From the NCBI RefSeq assembly GCF_965363235.1, contig NC_134847.1, positions 63,916,144-63,980,143 on the forward strand: 64,000 nucleotides of DNA. Reading direction: 5' to 3'. The DNA is from Mytilus galloprovincialis (lineage: Eukaryota). The translations under genes were made by a program, and so were the position numbers. Of this stretch, positions 63,258-64,000 are shown piece by piece; the stretch's first letter is position 1; each line of letters starts with the position of its first letter. Under the pieces are notes generated by a model that was given only the letters and a program-made list of their open reading frames with translations, ran no database searches and was not told where the DNA came from.

Positions 63258-64000
63258 TTAGAAATTGTTTACTGCCCTACATACATTGTAATTGTTTACT
63301 GTCATGTATACATAGTAATTGTTTACTGTCATGCATACATTGTAATTGTTTACTGTCATGCATACATTGTAATTGTTTACTGTCATGTATACATTGTAAT
63401 TGTTTACTGCCCTACATACATTGTAATTGTTTACTGTCATGCATACATTGTAATTGTTTACTGTCATGTATACATAATAATTGTTTACTGTCATGCATAC
63501 ATTGTAATTGTTTACTGTCATGCATACGTTGTAATTGTTTACTGTCATACATACCTTGTAATTGTTTACTGTCATGTATACATTGTTATTGTTTAATGTC
63601 ATGCATACATTGTAATTGTTTACTGTCATGTATACATTGTAATTGTTTACTGCCCTACATACATTGTAATTGTTTACTGTCATACATACCTTGTAATTGT
63701 TTACTGTCATGTATACATTGTTATTGTTTAATGTCATGCATACATTGTAATTGTTTACTGTCATACATTCATTGTAATTCTTTACTGTCAAGTATACATT
63801 GTTATTGTTTAATGTCATACATACATTGTAATTGTTTACTGTCATGTATACATTGTTATTGTTAAATGTCGTGCATACATTGTAATTGTTTACTGTCATG
63901 TATACATTGTAATTGTTTACTGTCATGTATAAATTGTAATTGTTTACTGTCATACATGCATTGTAACTGTTTACTGTCATGTATACCTTGTTATTGTTTA
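63258..64000. repeat. 27-bp minisatellite array (unit GTCATGCATACATTGTAATTGTTTACT), at least 27 units, continuing past the window end
   Basis: The period of 27 was verified from successive GTCATG positions (63301, 63328, 63355 and so on). A period that is a multiple of 3 explains the 138, 219 and 240-aa repetitive ORFs called in several frames. Confidence 0.85.

Noticed and set aside
63180-63980. Three long overlapping ORFs (138, 219 and 240 aa) with repetitive peptides
   Set aside because: They lie entirely within the 27-bp minisatellite. A period divisible by 3 keeps all frames open. There is no start context, no splice signals, and the composition is repeat-driven.

Overview
This window is AT-rich eukaryotic (metazoan) nuclear DNA, not prokaryotic. 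I infer an invertebrate, plausibly a bivalve mollusc, from the AT content and repeat families; that inference is unchecked. Nothing resembles a CRISPR array, an operon, or an rRNA or tRNA gene, and no prokaryotic-style system is present.

**Gene 1 (minus strand):** a complete nine-exon SLC22-family (organic cation/anion transporter-like, MFS) gene. Its coding sequence runs from 18468 down to 2378 and gives about 515 aa with 12 predicted TM helices. Every exon was reconstructed by hand with GT-AG junctions and consistent phases. Family motifs are present, including GRFQKR and ESPRWL.

**Gene 2 (minus strand, partial):** an HHAT-like membrane-bound O-acyltransferase (MBOAT family). Three coding exons were found, including the conserved RYIYVPLGG and WHG regions. 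The gene runs off the 3' end of the window, and one exon junction cannot be resolved with canonical phasing.

**Possible third gene:** an orphan terminal exon on the minus strand at 45194..45402. No homolog was recognised.

**Interspersed repeats:**
- Two SINE-like families. Family A is about 430 bp and begins ATATAGGAAGATGTGGT; it has at least 6 copies or fragments. Family B is about 400 bp and contains GTAGACGAAACGCGCGTCTGG and ACAACTGTCATATTCCTGACTTGG; it has at least 9 copies.
- A 5'-truncated LINE fragment encoding the ORF2 C-terminal zinc-finger region, lying in an SLC22 intron.
- Several MITE or foldback-like elements.

**Structurally interesting elements:**
- A 4.7-kb long-TIR palindromic element (49961..54654) inserted into a Family B SINE, with a clean 5-bp target-site duplication (ACAAC). 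Its unique core holds a cluster of GTCCACTACGAAAC motifs.
- A 3.2-kb foldback-like element (24093..27275) whose arms are built from degenerate GATCGT/CGTAG subrepeats.
- A MITE carrying a perfect DR1 nuclear-receptor motif (AGGTCAaAGGTCA).
- A satellite of about 180-bp units immediately upstream of the SLC22 start codon.
- A 27-bp minisatellite inside the HHAT-like gene. It generates long spurious ORFs in all six frames.
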